DNA of 64,000 nt, taken from contig CAWKBC010000027.1 of assembly GCA_963847705.1 (NCBI GenBank), positions 352,001 to 416,000 of the forward strand. The letters are read 5' to 3'. This stretch comes from an uncultured Pseudomonadota bacterium (lineage in GTDB: Bacteria > Myxococcota_A > Polyangia > Fen-1088). The translations under genes and the position numbers were made by a program. Numbering within the stretch: the stretch's first letter is position 1; every line of letters begins with the position of its first letter. The notes under the pieces are model-generated. The model saw only the letters and a program-made list of their open reading frames with translations. It was not told where the DNA came from and ran no database searches. This document shows, in pieces, positions 39,984-48,300 of the stretch.

Positions 39984-41429
39984 ATGACAGCCGACAGCCA
40001 GGACGATTTCGGACCGCACCTCGCGGCGCTGGGGCAGGCGAACCGGGACTGGGCGCGCTTGTACCCAGGCGATCCGCCCGCCCGACAGCCGATCCACACG
40101 GTCTACGGCGGTGCCCACCTCTACAAGGCCGAGACCACGCGGCGGCTGGGCGAGCTGGCGCTGCGCCAGATCTCCCGCTACGCCCCCGACGCCGTGGCGC
40201 TCGCCCGCGGCGTCGGCTTCGTGCCCGCGGCGACGTTCGAGGCGCCGGGCGCGCCCGACGCTGCCGCGTGGCGCGCTGCCTTCGAAAGCGACGGGGCGGC
40301 TCTGCGCAAAGAGAGCCCGCAGGCCTGGCTCGCCTTCACGGTGCACGACCGCGTGCTCGCCAAGCTGCGCCGCGAGGCCGTCGAGGACTTCCGCATCGAC
40401 TTCGAGGACGGCTACGGCGCGCGCCCCGACGCCGACGAGGACGCCACCGCGGTGGCCGCCGCGGGCGAGGTGGCGCGCGGGCTCGTCGAGGGACTGCTGC
40501 CGCCGTTCATCGGCATCCGGATCAAGTCGTTCGGCGCCGAGTGGCAGGCGCGCGGGGCGCGCACGCTGGAGATCTTCGTCGATGCGCTGCTCACCGCGAC
40601 GGGCGGACGACTCCCCGACAACTTCGTCATCACGCTGCCCAAGGTCACCATCGCGGAGCAGCCGCGCACGCTGGTCCGGCTCTGCGAGCGCCTCGAAGCC
40701 CGCCACGGTCTGCCCGCCGGGGCCCTGCGGATCGAGCTGATGATCGAGACGACGCAGGCGCTGCTCGGGCCCGACGGCCGCTCGCCGCTGCCGGCGTTCC
40801 TGGAAGCCTGCGAGGGGCGCTGCCGGGGGGCGCACTTCGGGACCTACGATTTCACCGCGTCCTGCAACATCACCGCCGCCTACCAGAGCATGGACCACCC
40901 CTGGTGCGACCTCGCCAAGGGGATGATGATGCTGGCCTACGCCGGGACCGGCCTCTTCCTCAGCGACGGCGCCACCAACGTCATGCCGGTGGGACCGCAC
41001 CGCGGCGAGACGCTCACCGCCGACCAGGAGCAGCAGAACCGCGCCGTCGTCCACGCTGCATGGAGGCTGGCCCACCGGCACATCCGCCATTCGCTGGAGG
41101 GCGGCTTCTATCAGGGGTGGGATCTGCACCCGGGGCAGCTGCCGGTCCGCTACGCCACCTGCTTTGGGTTTTTTCTGGAGGGCTTCGCCGCGGCCGCCGA
41201 GCGGCTCCGCAACTTCGTCGAGAAGGCGGCCCAGGCCACCCTGGTCGGCGACGTCTTCGACGACGCAGCGACGGGGCAGGGGCTGCTCAACTACTTCCTG
41301 CGCGCGCTCAACTCGGGGGCCATCGAGCCGGGCGACCTCGGTCAGACCGGCCTCGAGGCCGACGAGGTGGCGCTGCGCTCGTTCGCCAAGATCCTGGCCG
41401 CGCGCCGCGCCCGGCTGCGGACCGGATGA
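39984..41429 (+). CDS. HpcH/CitE aldolase-lyase-fold protein (DUF6986-like)
   Basis: RQPIHTVYGGAH, EDFRIDFEDGYG, TLPKV, ELMIET, HFGTYD, LSDGATN, YQGWDLHP; AGGAG RBS. Confidence 0.75.
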   Translation: MTADSQDDFGPHLAALGQANRDWARLYPGDPPARQPIHTVYGGAHLYKAETTRRLGELALRQISRYAPDAVALARGVGFVPAATFEAPGAPDAAAWRAAFESDGAALRKESPQAWLAFTVHDRVLAKLRREAVEDFRIDFEDGYGARPDADEDATAVAAAGEVARGLVEGLLPPFIGIRIKSFGAEWQARGARTLEIFVDALLTATGGRLPDNFVITLPKVTIAEQPRTLVRLCERLEARHGLPAGALRIELMIETTQALLGPDGRSPLPAFLEACEGRCRGAHFGTYDFTASCNITAAYQSMDHPWCDLAKGMMMLAYAGTGLFLSDGATNVMPVGPHRGETLTADQEQQNRAVVHAAWRLAHRHIRHSLEGGFYQGWDLHPGQLPVRYATCFGFFLEGFAAAAERLRNFVEKAAQATLVGDVFDDAATGQGLLNYFLRALNSGAIEPGDLGQTGLEADEVALRSFAKILAARRARLRTG

Positions 41430-41508
41430 GTCGTCGAAATTTACACGATGTTCACGAGCCAGAAACGGCGGCGTCGCCAGTGATGTGCTCAGATTATGTC
41501 GAGGGACA

Positions 41509-42630
41509 ATGTCAGCGTCGTTCGATGTTTCTCCGGCGCTTCGGTTGACGCCGCTCGAGGGTGGTGGCCGCGAAGTGGACTTCGGGGCCGACGCCGGCCA
41601 CCTCGATCTCGAGCGGCTCGACGAGGCCGGCTTCGCCGCGCTGGAACGGGCGGTCCTGACCCACTCGATCGTGGTGGTCCGCGGGCAGGAGCGGCTGTCG
41701 CCCCGGGCGCAGTTCGAGCTCACCCGCCGCTTCGACCCGCGGGTCACCAGCTACGGCCACGGGAACCGCCCCGACATCATGAAGCAGAGCGTGCTCGTGC
41801 AGGACCTGGTGTCGATCCCCGCTTGGCCCCAGGTCAAGCTGCTCGGTCACGGCCGCGTCACCGAGCACGAGGGGCTGCCGCCGGTCGACCTTCACCATCC
41901 CTCTCACCGCAGCTTCCACCACACCCCGCTGACCGACGAGCAGGAGGCGCGCGGCCTGACCCGCTTTTACCGCTGGCACATCGACGCCGCGCTCTACGAG
42001 CTGCACCCGCCCAAGGTCACCACGCTGCTGGCGATCAAGGTTCCGGAGGCGCGTCGCCAGACGGTGGTCTACGACGACGGCAGCGGCGACACGCTGGACG
42101 TCACGCTGGGGACGACCGCGTTCGTCTCGGGCGCGCGGGCCTTCGAGCTCCTGTCGCCCGCGCAGCGCGCCTGGGCGCTGAAAACGAAGGCCCGCTACGC
42201 GCCGCACCCCTACGTCTGGATCCGCAACGCGCGCGCCCGCTCGAACGGCCTCGGCCTCGTCTCCGAGGGGCGCGAGCTCTCGCGGGCGGAGCTGCCACCC
42301 TACGACGAGGCGAAGGTGATGACGCTGCCGCTCGTCTGGAAGAACCCGCTCACCGGCCGCCAGGCGCTGCAGCTGCACGCCTACTGCGTCGAGGATCTGC
42401 TGGTGGACGGCCAGCCGATCGGCGATCTCGAGACCTGCCGGGGCCTGCTCTACGAGCTGATGCGCCCGGCGATCGCGCCCGCCCGCGTCTACGCGCACGC
42501 CTGGCAGGACGGCGATCTGGTGATCTTTCACAACCGCGCCGTCTGGCACAGCGTCGTCGGATCGATGCGGCCGGACGATCTGCGCGTCTATCACCAGTGC
42601 AACCTGGCCGCCAGCGAGCCGGTCGATTAG
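41509..42630 (+). CDS. xanA: Fe(II)/alpha-ketoglutarate-dependent xanthine dioxygenase (fungal XanA-like, TauD fold)
   Basis: LSPRAQFELTRRFDP, TRFYRWHIDAALY, RQTVVYDDGSG, GTTAFVSG, YAPHPY, WKNP, FHNRAVWHSVVG, QCNLAA match fungal XanA blocks as recalled; GAGG RBS. Confidence 0.85.
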   Translation: MSASFDVSPALRLTPLEGGGREVDFGADAGHLDLERLDEAGFAALERAVLTHSIVVVRGQERLSPRAQFELTRRFDPRVTSYGHGNRPDIMKQSVLVQDLVSIPAWPQVKLLGHGRVTEHEGLPPVDLHHPSHRSFHHTPLTDEQEARGLTRFYRWHIDAALYELHPPKVTTLLAIKVPEARRQTVVYDDGSGDTLDVTLGTTAFVSGARAFELLSPAQRAWALKTKARYAPHPYVWIRNARARSNGLGLVSEGRELSRAELPPYDEAKVMTLPLVWKNPLTGRQALQLHAYCVEDLLVDGQPIGDLETCRGLLYELMRPAIAPARVYAHAWQDGDLVIFHNRAVWHSVVGSMRPDDLRVYHQCNLAASEPVD

Positions 42631-42855
42631 TTCGGGACCCTAAGCGGGTCGCGCGCCCCCGCGAAGAGGTCGCGCCGGCGAAGCCGCCTCTCCCTCAGGC
42701 GATCGATTCGAGCGAGTTGGATCCAAAAAGAAACTGTTCCGTTCCGAATGCTTGAGCCATCCGGAAGGGCGCGCGTTTTCACTTGTTCCAGCGTCCCCGC
42801 GGGGGTTACTCAGGAGAAGACGGGGACGACCGGGGCAGATGCGGAAAGGAGAGCC

Positions 42856-43269
42856 ATGGAGACGAGCGACAACGAGAGGGTGGTTCGTGAGATCTACGAA
42901 GCGATCGGGCGGGGGGACGTCGCCGAGGTGCTCGCGCGCATGAAGGAGGATGCGCGGTGGGACTTCAACGTCGGGCCGAGCGATGTTCCCTGGCACGCGC
43001 CGGCGACGGGGCCGGAGGAGATCCAAAAATTCCTGGGCGGATTCATCGAGAACGTGACGCTCACGGCCTTCGAGCCGCGCCGGTTCATCGCCTCGGGCGA
43101 CGACGTCGTCGTTGATGTCCACCTCGCCTACACCGTCAAGCGGACCGGGAAGCTCGTCGATCTCGACCAGCTCCACTGGTGGTCGCTGGCCGACTGGCGC
43201 GTGACGCGGCTCCGACACTTCGAGGACACCGCGCAAGTCATGTCGGCCTGGAGCGACGGCTCTGGCTGA
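42856..43269 (+). CDS. SnoaL/NTF2-like protein
   Basis: VVREIYEAIGRGD...DARW...GDDVVV...HFEDT; AGGAG RBS. Confidence 0.85.
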   Translation: METSDNERVVREIYEAIGRGDVAEVLARMKEDARWDFNVGPSDVPWHAPATGPEEIQKFLGGFIENVTLTAFEPRRFIASGDDVVVDVHLAYTVKRTGKLVDLDQLHWWSLADWRVTRLRHFEDTAQVMSAWSDGSG

Positions 43270-43288
43270 GCCGTTCCCGCACGCAGGC

Positions 43289-45313
43289 GTGGCAGCGGCG
43301 GTGGCGCTCGTCGCCGTGGCCGCGATCGTTTTCTTCTGCGTGCGTCTGCGCCAGGTGCTCGCCTCCCGCGCGGCGCTGGAGAAACGACACGCGGCGCTGC
43401 GGGAGAGCGAGCAGCAGCTGCGCCACGTCGCCGACGTCATGCCTGCCCTCATCTCTTATGTCGGCCGCGATCGCCGGTACCGCTTCGTCAACCGGCTCTA
43501 CGGGGCCTGGTTCCGATGTTCGACCGACGAGGTGGTCGGCAAGAAGATCGACGACGTGCTCGGACCGGAGACGATGAAGTTTGCCGGGGACTACATCGAT
43601 CGGGCCCTGCGCGGGGAAGAGGTCCACTTCCAGCCCGAGGTCCAGTATCCCGCGGGACCGCGCTGGGTGGATGCCCACTATGTCCCCGACTTCGACGCCT
43701 CGGGAGAGGTGGCCGGCTTCTGCGTCCTGGTCCTCGACGTCACGCAACGAAAGCTGGCCGAGGACGCGGTTCGCCAGAGCGAGGCGCGCCTGTGGGCCAT
43801 CCTCGACCACCTCTCCGTGGGCGTCGGGCTCGTCGACGGCGAGGGGCGGATGATCCTCAGCAACTCGACGATGCGCGACTACATCCCCGAGCGGATCCCC
43901 TCGCGTGATCCGGCGCGAATCCAGCGCTGGCGCAGCGACGGCGACGCCGTGCCGCCCCAGGGGTGGGCCGCCGAGCGGGCGCTGCGCGGCGAGACGATCC
44001 GCCCCGGGCAGGAGTTTTCTTACCAGGGCGACGACGGGCGCGACGTCTCGGTGCTCACGTCGGCGGTGCCGTTTCGCGGAGGGGAAGGCCAGGTGCTGGG
44101 CGCGATCGTCGTTCTTCAGGACATCACCGCGCACAAGGAGGCGAACCGGGCGCTGCAGGCGGCCGACCGGCGCAAGGACGAGTTCCTCGCCACGCTGGCG
44201 CACGAGCTGCGCAACCCGCTGGCGGCGATCCGCAACGCCGCCGCGATCTTGACGGCGATGGAGTCTTCCAACCCCGAGGCGCGGTGGGTGCCCGAGGTCA
44301 TCGATCGCCAGCTGGAGCAGATGTCGCGGCTGCTCGAGGATCTGCTCGACGTGTCGCGCATCGCCCACGACAAGCTGGCCCTCCGCCGGCAGCGCGTCGA
44401 GCTGTCGGCCGTCGTCCACGACGCCATCGAGACCTGTGGTCCCCATCTGGACGCCGGCAAGCACGCGCTGGCGGTCGCGCTTCCGGCCGAGCCGATCGTC
44501 CTGCACGCCGATCCGGTCCGGCTGGAGCAGATCTTCTCCAACCTCATCAGCAACGCCGCCAAGTACACCCCGCCGGGTGGTCACATCCGGGTCACCGGCG
44601 AGCGTCGGGGCGACGAGGTCGCCATCTGCGTGAAGGACGACGGGGTCGGCATCTCCCCCGAGATGTTGCCGCGGCTGTTCGAGATCTTTTCGCAGGGGGA
44701 GCGGGCCTTGGAGCGTTCGCAGGGCGGCCTCGGCGTGGGGCTCTCGCTGGTGCGGGGCCTGCTGGGGCTCCACGGCGGGCGCGTGGAGGCGAAGAGCGAG
44801 GGGCTCGGAAAGGGGAGCGAGTTCACCGTCCACCTGCCGCTCATCGCCCCGGGCGCGTCCGCGTCGCCGTCGCCCCGGGTCGCGGCCGAGAGGACGGCGG
44901 TCGCCGCCAAACGCCGGGTCTTGATCGCCGACGATGCGCGAGACAGCGCCGACAGCCTGGCGGTGATCCTGGCGATGAAGGGGCACGAGACGCACGCCGC
45001 GTACGACGGCGAAGAGGCGATGACGGCCGCGGCCCGCCTGCGGCCGGACGTGGTCATCCTCGACATCCGGATGCCCAGGCGCAACGGTTACGAGGCCTGC
45101 CGCTGGATCCGGGAGCAGCCCTGGGGAAAGGCGATGGTGCTGATCGCGCTCAGCGGCTGGGGGACCGAGGACGATCGCCGCCGGACCGAGGAGGCGGGAT
45201 TCGATCACCATCTGGTCAAGCCGGTCGCCCCCGACGTTCTCTTCGCGCTCATCGCCTCGCGCCCCGCCGCGATGCCCGGGCGTTCGCCGGGCCCGCAGCC
45301 GCGCGTCGGCTAG
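43289..45313 (+). CDS. PAS hybrid histidine kinase with receiver
   Basis: Two PAS domains, TLAHELRNPL, NLISNAAKY, GGLGVGL, ILDIRMP. Confidence 0.92.
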   Translation: MAAAVALVAVAAIVFFCVRLRQVLASRAALEKRHAALRESEQQLRHVADVMPALISYVGRDRRYRFVNRLYGAWFRCSTDEVVGKKIDDVLGPETMKFAGDYIDRALRGEEVHFQPEVQYPAGPRWVDAHYVPDFDASGEVAGFCVLVLDVTQRKLAEDAVRQSEARLWAILDHLSVGVGLVDGEGRMILSNSTMRDYIPERIPSRDPARIQRWRSDGDAVPPQGWAAERALRGETIRPGQEFSYQGDDGRDVSVLTSAVPFRGGEGQVLGAIVVLQDITAHKEANRALQAADRRKDEFLATLAHELRNPLAAIRNAAAILTAMESSNPEARWVPEVIDRQLEQMSRLLEDLLDVSRIAHDKLALRRQRVELSAVVHDAIETCGPHLDAGKHALAVALPAEPIVLHADPVRLEQIFSNLISNAAKYTPPGGHIRVTGERRGDEVAICVKDDGVGISPEMLPRLFEIFSQGERALERSQGGLGVGLSLVRGLLGLHGGRVEAKSEGLGKGSEFTVHLPLIAPGASASPSPRVAAERTAVAAKRRVLIADDARDSADSLAVILAMKGHETHAAYDGEEAMTAAARLRPDVVILDIRMPRRNGYEACRWIREQPWGKAMVLIALSGWGTEDDRRRTEEAGFDHHLVKPVAPDVLFALIASRPAAMPGRSPGPQPRVG

Positions 45314-45327
45314 AACCAGGCCCAGCG

Positions 45328-46254
45328 ATGGACGCCGCGATCCGCATCGAAGGGCTGGTGAAGAGATACGGCGAGGTCGTCGCGGTCGACGGGCTCGATC
45401 TCGAGGTCCGGCGCGGAGAGTGCTTCGGGCTCCTCGGCCCCAACGGCGCGGGGAAGACGACCACCATCGAGATCCTCGAAGGGCTGCTCTCGCCGAGCGC
45501 GGGCACGGTGGAGGTGCTGGGGCGACGGTGGGAGCGGGATCCCGACGCGCTGCGGGCGCGCATCGGCGTCGCCCTGCAGGAGACCAAGCTGTTCGACCGG
45601 CTGACCGTCGAGGAGACGCTCCGTTTGTTCCGCTCGTTTTATTCGCCGGGGACGGCGCTTTCGGTCGAGGCCCTCCTCGAGGAGATGCAGCTGGGGGAGA
45701 AGCGGGCCACCTGGGTGATGAAGCTCTCCGGCGGGCAGCGGCAACGGTTGGCCGTGGCGCTCGGGCTGGTCGGCGATCCGGAGGTGCTGTTCCTCGACGA
45801 GCCGACGACCGGGCTCGACCCGCAATCCCGGCGCGCCCTCTGGGACACGATCGCGGCGCTGCGCACGCGCGGCAAGACGGTCGTCCTCACCACCCACTAC
45901 ATGGACGAAGCAGAGCGTCTCTGCGATCGGGTGGCCATCGTCGATCACGGCAAGGCGATCGCGCTGGGGACGCCGGGGGAGCTCATCGATCAAAATGGCG
46001 GCCAACACCTGGTGGAGGTCAGCACCGAGCCCGCGCTGCCGCCCGAGGCGTTGACCGGTCTGCTGGGCCTGCGCTCTCTCCGCGCCAAGGGCGATGGGTT
46101 CGCGCTGTCGATCGACGCGCCGCACGTCACCTTGCCCGCGCTCGTCGCGCGGCTCGGCGAACGGGGCGTCGCGCCCACGCGCCTGGTCTCGCGCACCGCC
46201 ACGCTCGACGACGTGTTTCTGGCGCTGACCGGACGAACCTTGAGGGAGGACTAG
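45328..46254 (+). CDS. ABC-2-type exporter ATP-binding protein
   Basis: GPNGAGKTT, LSGGQRQR, FLDEPTTGLD, TTHYM. Confidence 0.93.
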   Translation: MDAAIRIEGLVKRYGEVVAVDGLDLEVRRGECFGLLGPNGAGKTTTIEILEGLLSPSAGTVEVLGRRWERDPDALRARIGVALQETKLFDRLTVEETLRLFRSFYSPGTALSVEALLEEMQLGEKRATWVMKLSGGQRQRLAVALGLVGDPEVLFLDEPTTGLDPQSRRALWDTIAALRTRGKTVVLTTHYMDEAERLCDRVAIVDHGKAIALGTPGELIDQNGGQHLVEVSTEPALPPEALTGLLGLRSLRAKGDGFALSIDAPHVTLPALVARLGERGVAPTRLVSRTATLDDVFLALTGRTLRED

Positions 46255-46256
46255 GG

Positions 46257-47318
46257 ATGCCTGGTGGACCGGTCGGTGGACCGCTGCTGGCGCTCAGCGG
46301 CGCACGCATCAAGCAGTTCCTGCGCGAGCCGGGCGCTCTCTTCTGGACCTTCGGGTTCCCTTTGCTGATCACGGTCGCGCTCGGCACCGCCTTCCGCAAC
46401 CAGGGCCCGACCAGGAGCCACGTCGCCGTCATGGCGGGCCAAGGGGACGCCAGCGCGCGCGCCGCCGCCGCCCTGGCGGGCGATCGCGGGCTCGAGGTGG
46501 CGATCCTCGACCCGGATCGCGCCGCGCGACGGCTCGGCACGGGAGAGGTCGTCCTCGTGGTGATTCCGCCTGCCTCTCCCGGGTTGCCGTTCGTGTACCG
46601 GTACGATCCCACCCGCCCGGATGCGCCGGCGGTCCGGCGGCTGGTCGACGAGCGCCTCCAGCGGCAGGCGGGGCGCCGCGATCCCTTGTCCACCCGCGAC
46701 GAGACCGCGGTGGCGCGCGGCGCCCGCTATGTCGACTGGTTGGTGCCGGGGCTGCTCGGCATGCAGCTGCTCAACGGCGCCATGTGGGGCGCCGCCTTCA
46801 ACATCGTGAACGCGCGCCAGCGCAAGCTGCTGAAGCGTCTGGCCGCCACCCCCATGCGGCGGAGCCACTACCTGCTGTCGTTCCGGGTCTCGGGGCTGTT
46901 GTTCGTGCCCATCCAGGTCATCGTCCTGTTTTTGTTCGCCCGCCTCACCTTCGGCGTCACGATCCACGGCTCGGCGCTCGCCACGCTGGGGCTGGCGCTG
47001 CTCGGCTCCTGGTCCTTCGCCGGCCTCGGGCTCCTCTGTGCGTCGCGGGCGCAGAACAGCGAGACGGCGAATGGGCTCATCAACCTGATCACGCTGCCGA
47101 TGATGGTGTTCTCGGGCGTCTTCTTCTCGTCGAGCCGCTTCCCGCGGGTGGTGCAGCCGGCCATTCGCCTGCTTCCCATGAGCGCCCTCAATGAAGCCCT
47201 GCGCAGCGTCGTCAACGACGGCGCCTCGATCTTCTCACAGGGATATCCGATCGCGGTGCTCTTGGGCTGGGCGCTGGTCACCTCATTCATCGCGGTCCGC
47301 ATCTTCCGCTGGACCTGA
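46257..47318 (+). CDS. ABC-2-type exporter permease
   Basis: REPGALFWTFGFP, RYVDWLVPG, LKRLAATP, FSGVFF. Confidence 0.9.
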   Translation: MPGGPVGGPLLALSGARIKQFLREPGALFWTFGFPLLITVALGTAFRNQGPTRSHVAVMAGQGDASARAAAALAGDRGLEVAILDPDRAARRLGTGEVVLVVIPPASPGLPFVYRYDPTRPDAPAVRRLVDERLQRQAGRRDPLSTRDETAVARGARYVDWLVPGLLGMQLLNGAMWGAAFNIVNARQRKLLKRLAATPMRRSHYLLSFRVSGLLFVPIQVIVLFLFARLTFGVTIHGSALATLGLALLGSWSFAGLGLLCASRAQNSETANGLINLITLPMMVFSGVFFSSSRFPRVVQPAIRLLPMSALNEALRSVVNDGASIFSQGYPIAVLLGWALVTSFIAVRIFRWT

Positions 47319-47322
47319 GGGC

Positions 47323-48240
47323 ATGCCGGGGGAGGGGACTGGCGCGGCGACGATTCGGGTGGGTCTCGCCGGGTGGGACTACCCGGACTGGCGCGGCATC
47401 GTCTATCCGAAGAAGAGGACCAAGAGCTTCGACGAGCTCGGGTACCTGGCCCGGTACTTCGACACCCTGGAGATCAACTCTACCTTCTACCGCCCGGCCG
47501 ATCCGAAGGCGGCGGCGGGCTGGGTGAAGCGCGTCGACCACAACCCGGCGTTCAAGTTCACCGCCAAGCTCTGGAAGCGGTTCACCCACGAGCGCGCGGC
47601 CGCCTGGACGGCGAGGGAGATCGGGCTCGCCAGCGCCGCGCTCGACGTCATTCAAGAGGCCGGCCGGCTGGGGGCGGTCCTGCTGCAGTTCCCCTGGTCG
47701 TTCAAGCGTGACGAGGCGTCGCAGGAGTGGCTGCGCGATCTGCTCGGCGCGTTCGCCCGGTTCCCGCTGGTCCTGGAGGTGCGGCACGCCAGCTGGGCCA
47801 GCGGTGACGTCCTGGCCGAGCTGACCGAGCGCGCGGTCGGCGTCGTCAACGTCGACCAGCCGCTCTTCTCGAACTCGATCGCGCCGGCCGCGCACGCCAC
47901 GTCGCCGGTCGGCTACGTCCGCCTGCACGGGCGCAACTACCAGGACTGGTTCCGGGCCCGCGCCAGCGGCAACCAGCGCTACAACTACCTTTACACCGCC
48001 GACGAGCTCCGCCCGTGGGTGGAGCGCATCCGGGAAATGGCCGCGCGGCCGACCATCCGCGAGCTCTACGCGGTGACCAACAACCACAACCTCGGCAAGG
48101 CCCCCGCCAACGCCGGGATGATCCTGTCGATGCTGGCGGGCGAGAAGGTCCGCCTTCCGGCGGGGCTGTTCGCCCTCTACCGGAAGGACCTCGACGAGTT
48201 CGCCGTCCCGGACGTCGTCGGTCAGAGGGAGCTGTTCTGA
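47323..48240 (+). CDS. DUF72 family protein
   Basis: GLAGWDYPDW, EINSTFY, LLQFP, EVRH, YVRLHGRN, YNYLY, TNNH. Confidence 0.92.
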   Translation: MPGEGTGAATIRVGLAGWDYPDWRGIVYPKKRTKSFDELGYLARYFDTLEINSTFYRPADPKAAAGWVKRVDHNPAFKFTAKLWKRFTHERAAAWTAREIGLASAALDVIQEAGRLGAVLLQFPWSFKRDEASQEWLRDLLGAFARFPLVLEVRHASWASGDVLAELTERAVGVVNVDQPLFSNSIAPAAHATSPVGYVRLHGRNYQDWFRARASGNQRYNYLYTADELRPWVERIREMAARPTIRELYAVTNNHNLGKAPANAGMILSMLAGEKVRLPAGLFALYRKDLDEFAVPDVVGQRELF

Positions 48241-48266
48241 CGATCTCCGGCGCCCAGGCTGGATAC

Positions 48267-48294
48267 TTGCGCGACCTGAACGGACGTATAGTAT
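48267..48294 (+). promoter_or_regulatory. sigma70-like promoter overlapping a Myxococcus-type LexA box (48275-48291)
   Basis: Reverse complement CTATACGTCCGTTCAGG fits CTRHAMRYBYGTTCAGS at all 17 positions; TTGCGC-N16-TAGTAT flanks it. Confidence 0.75.
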
Positions 48295-48300
48295 CAGTCC

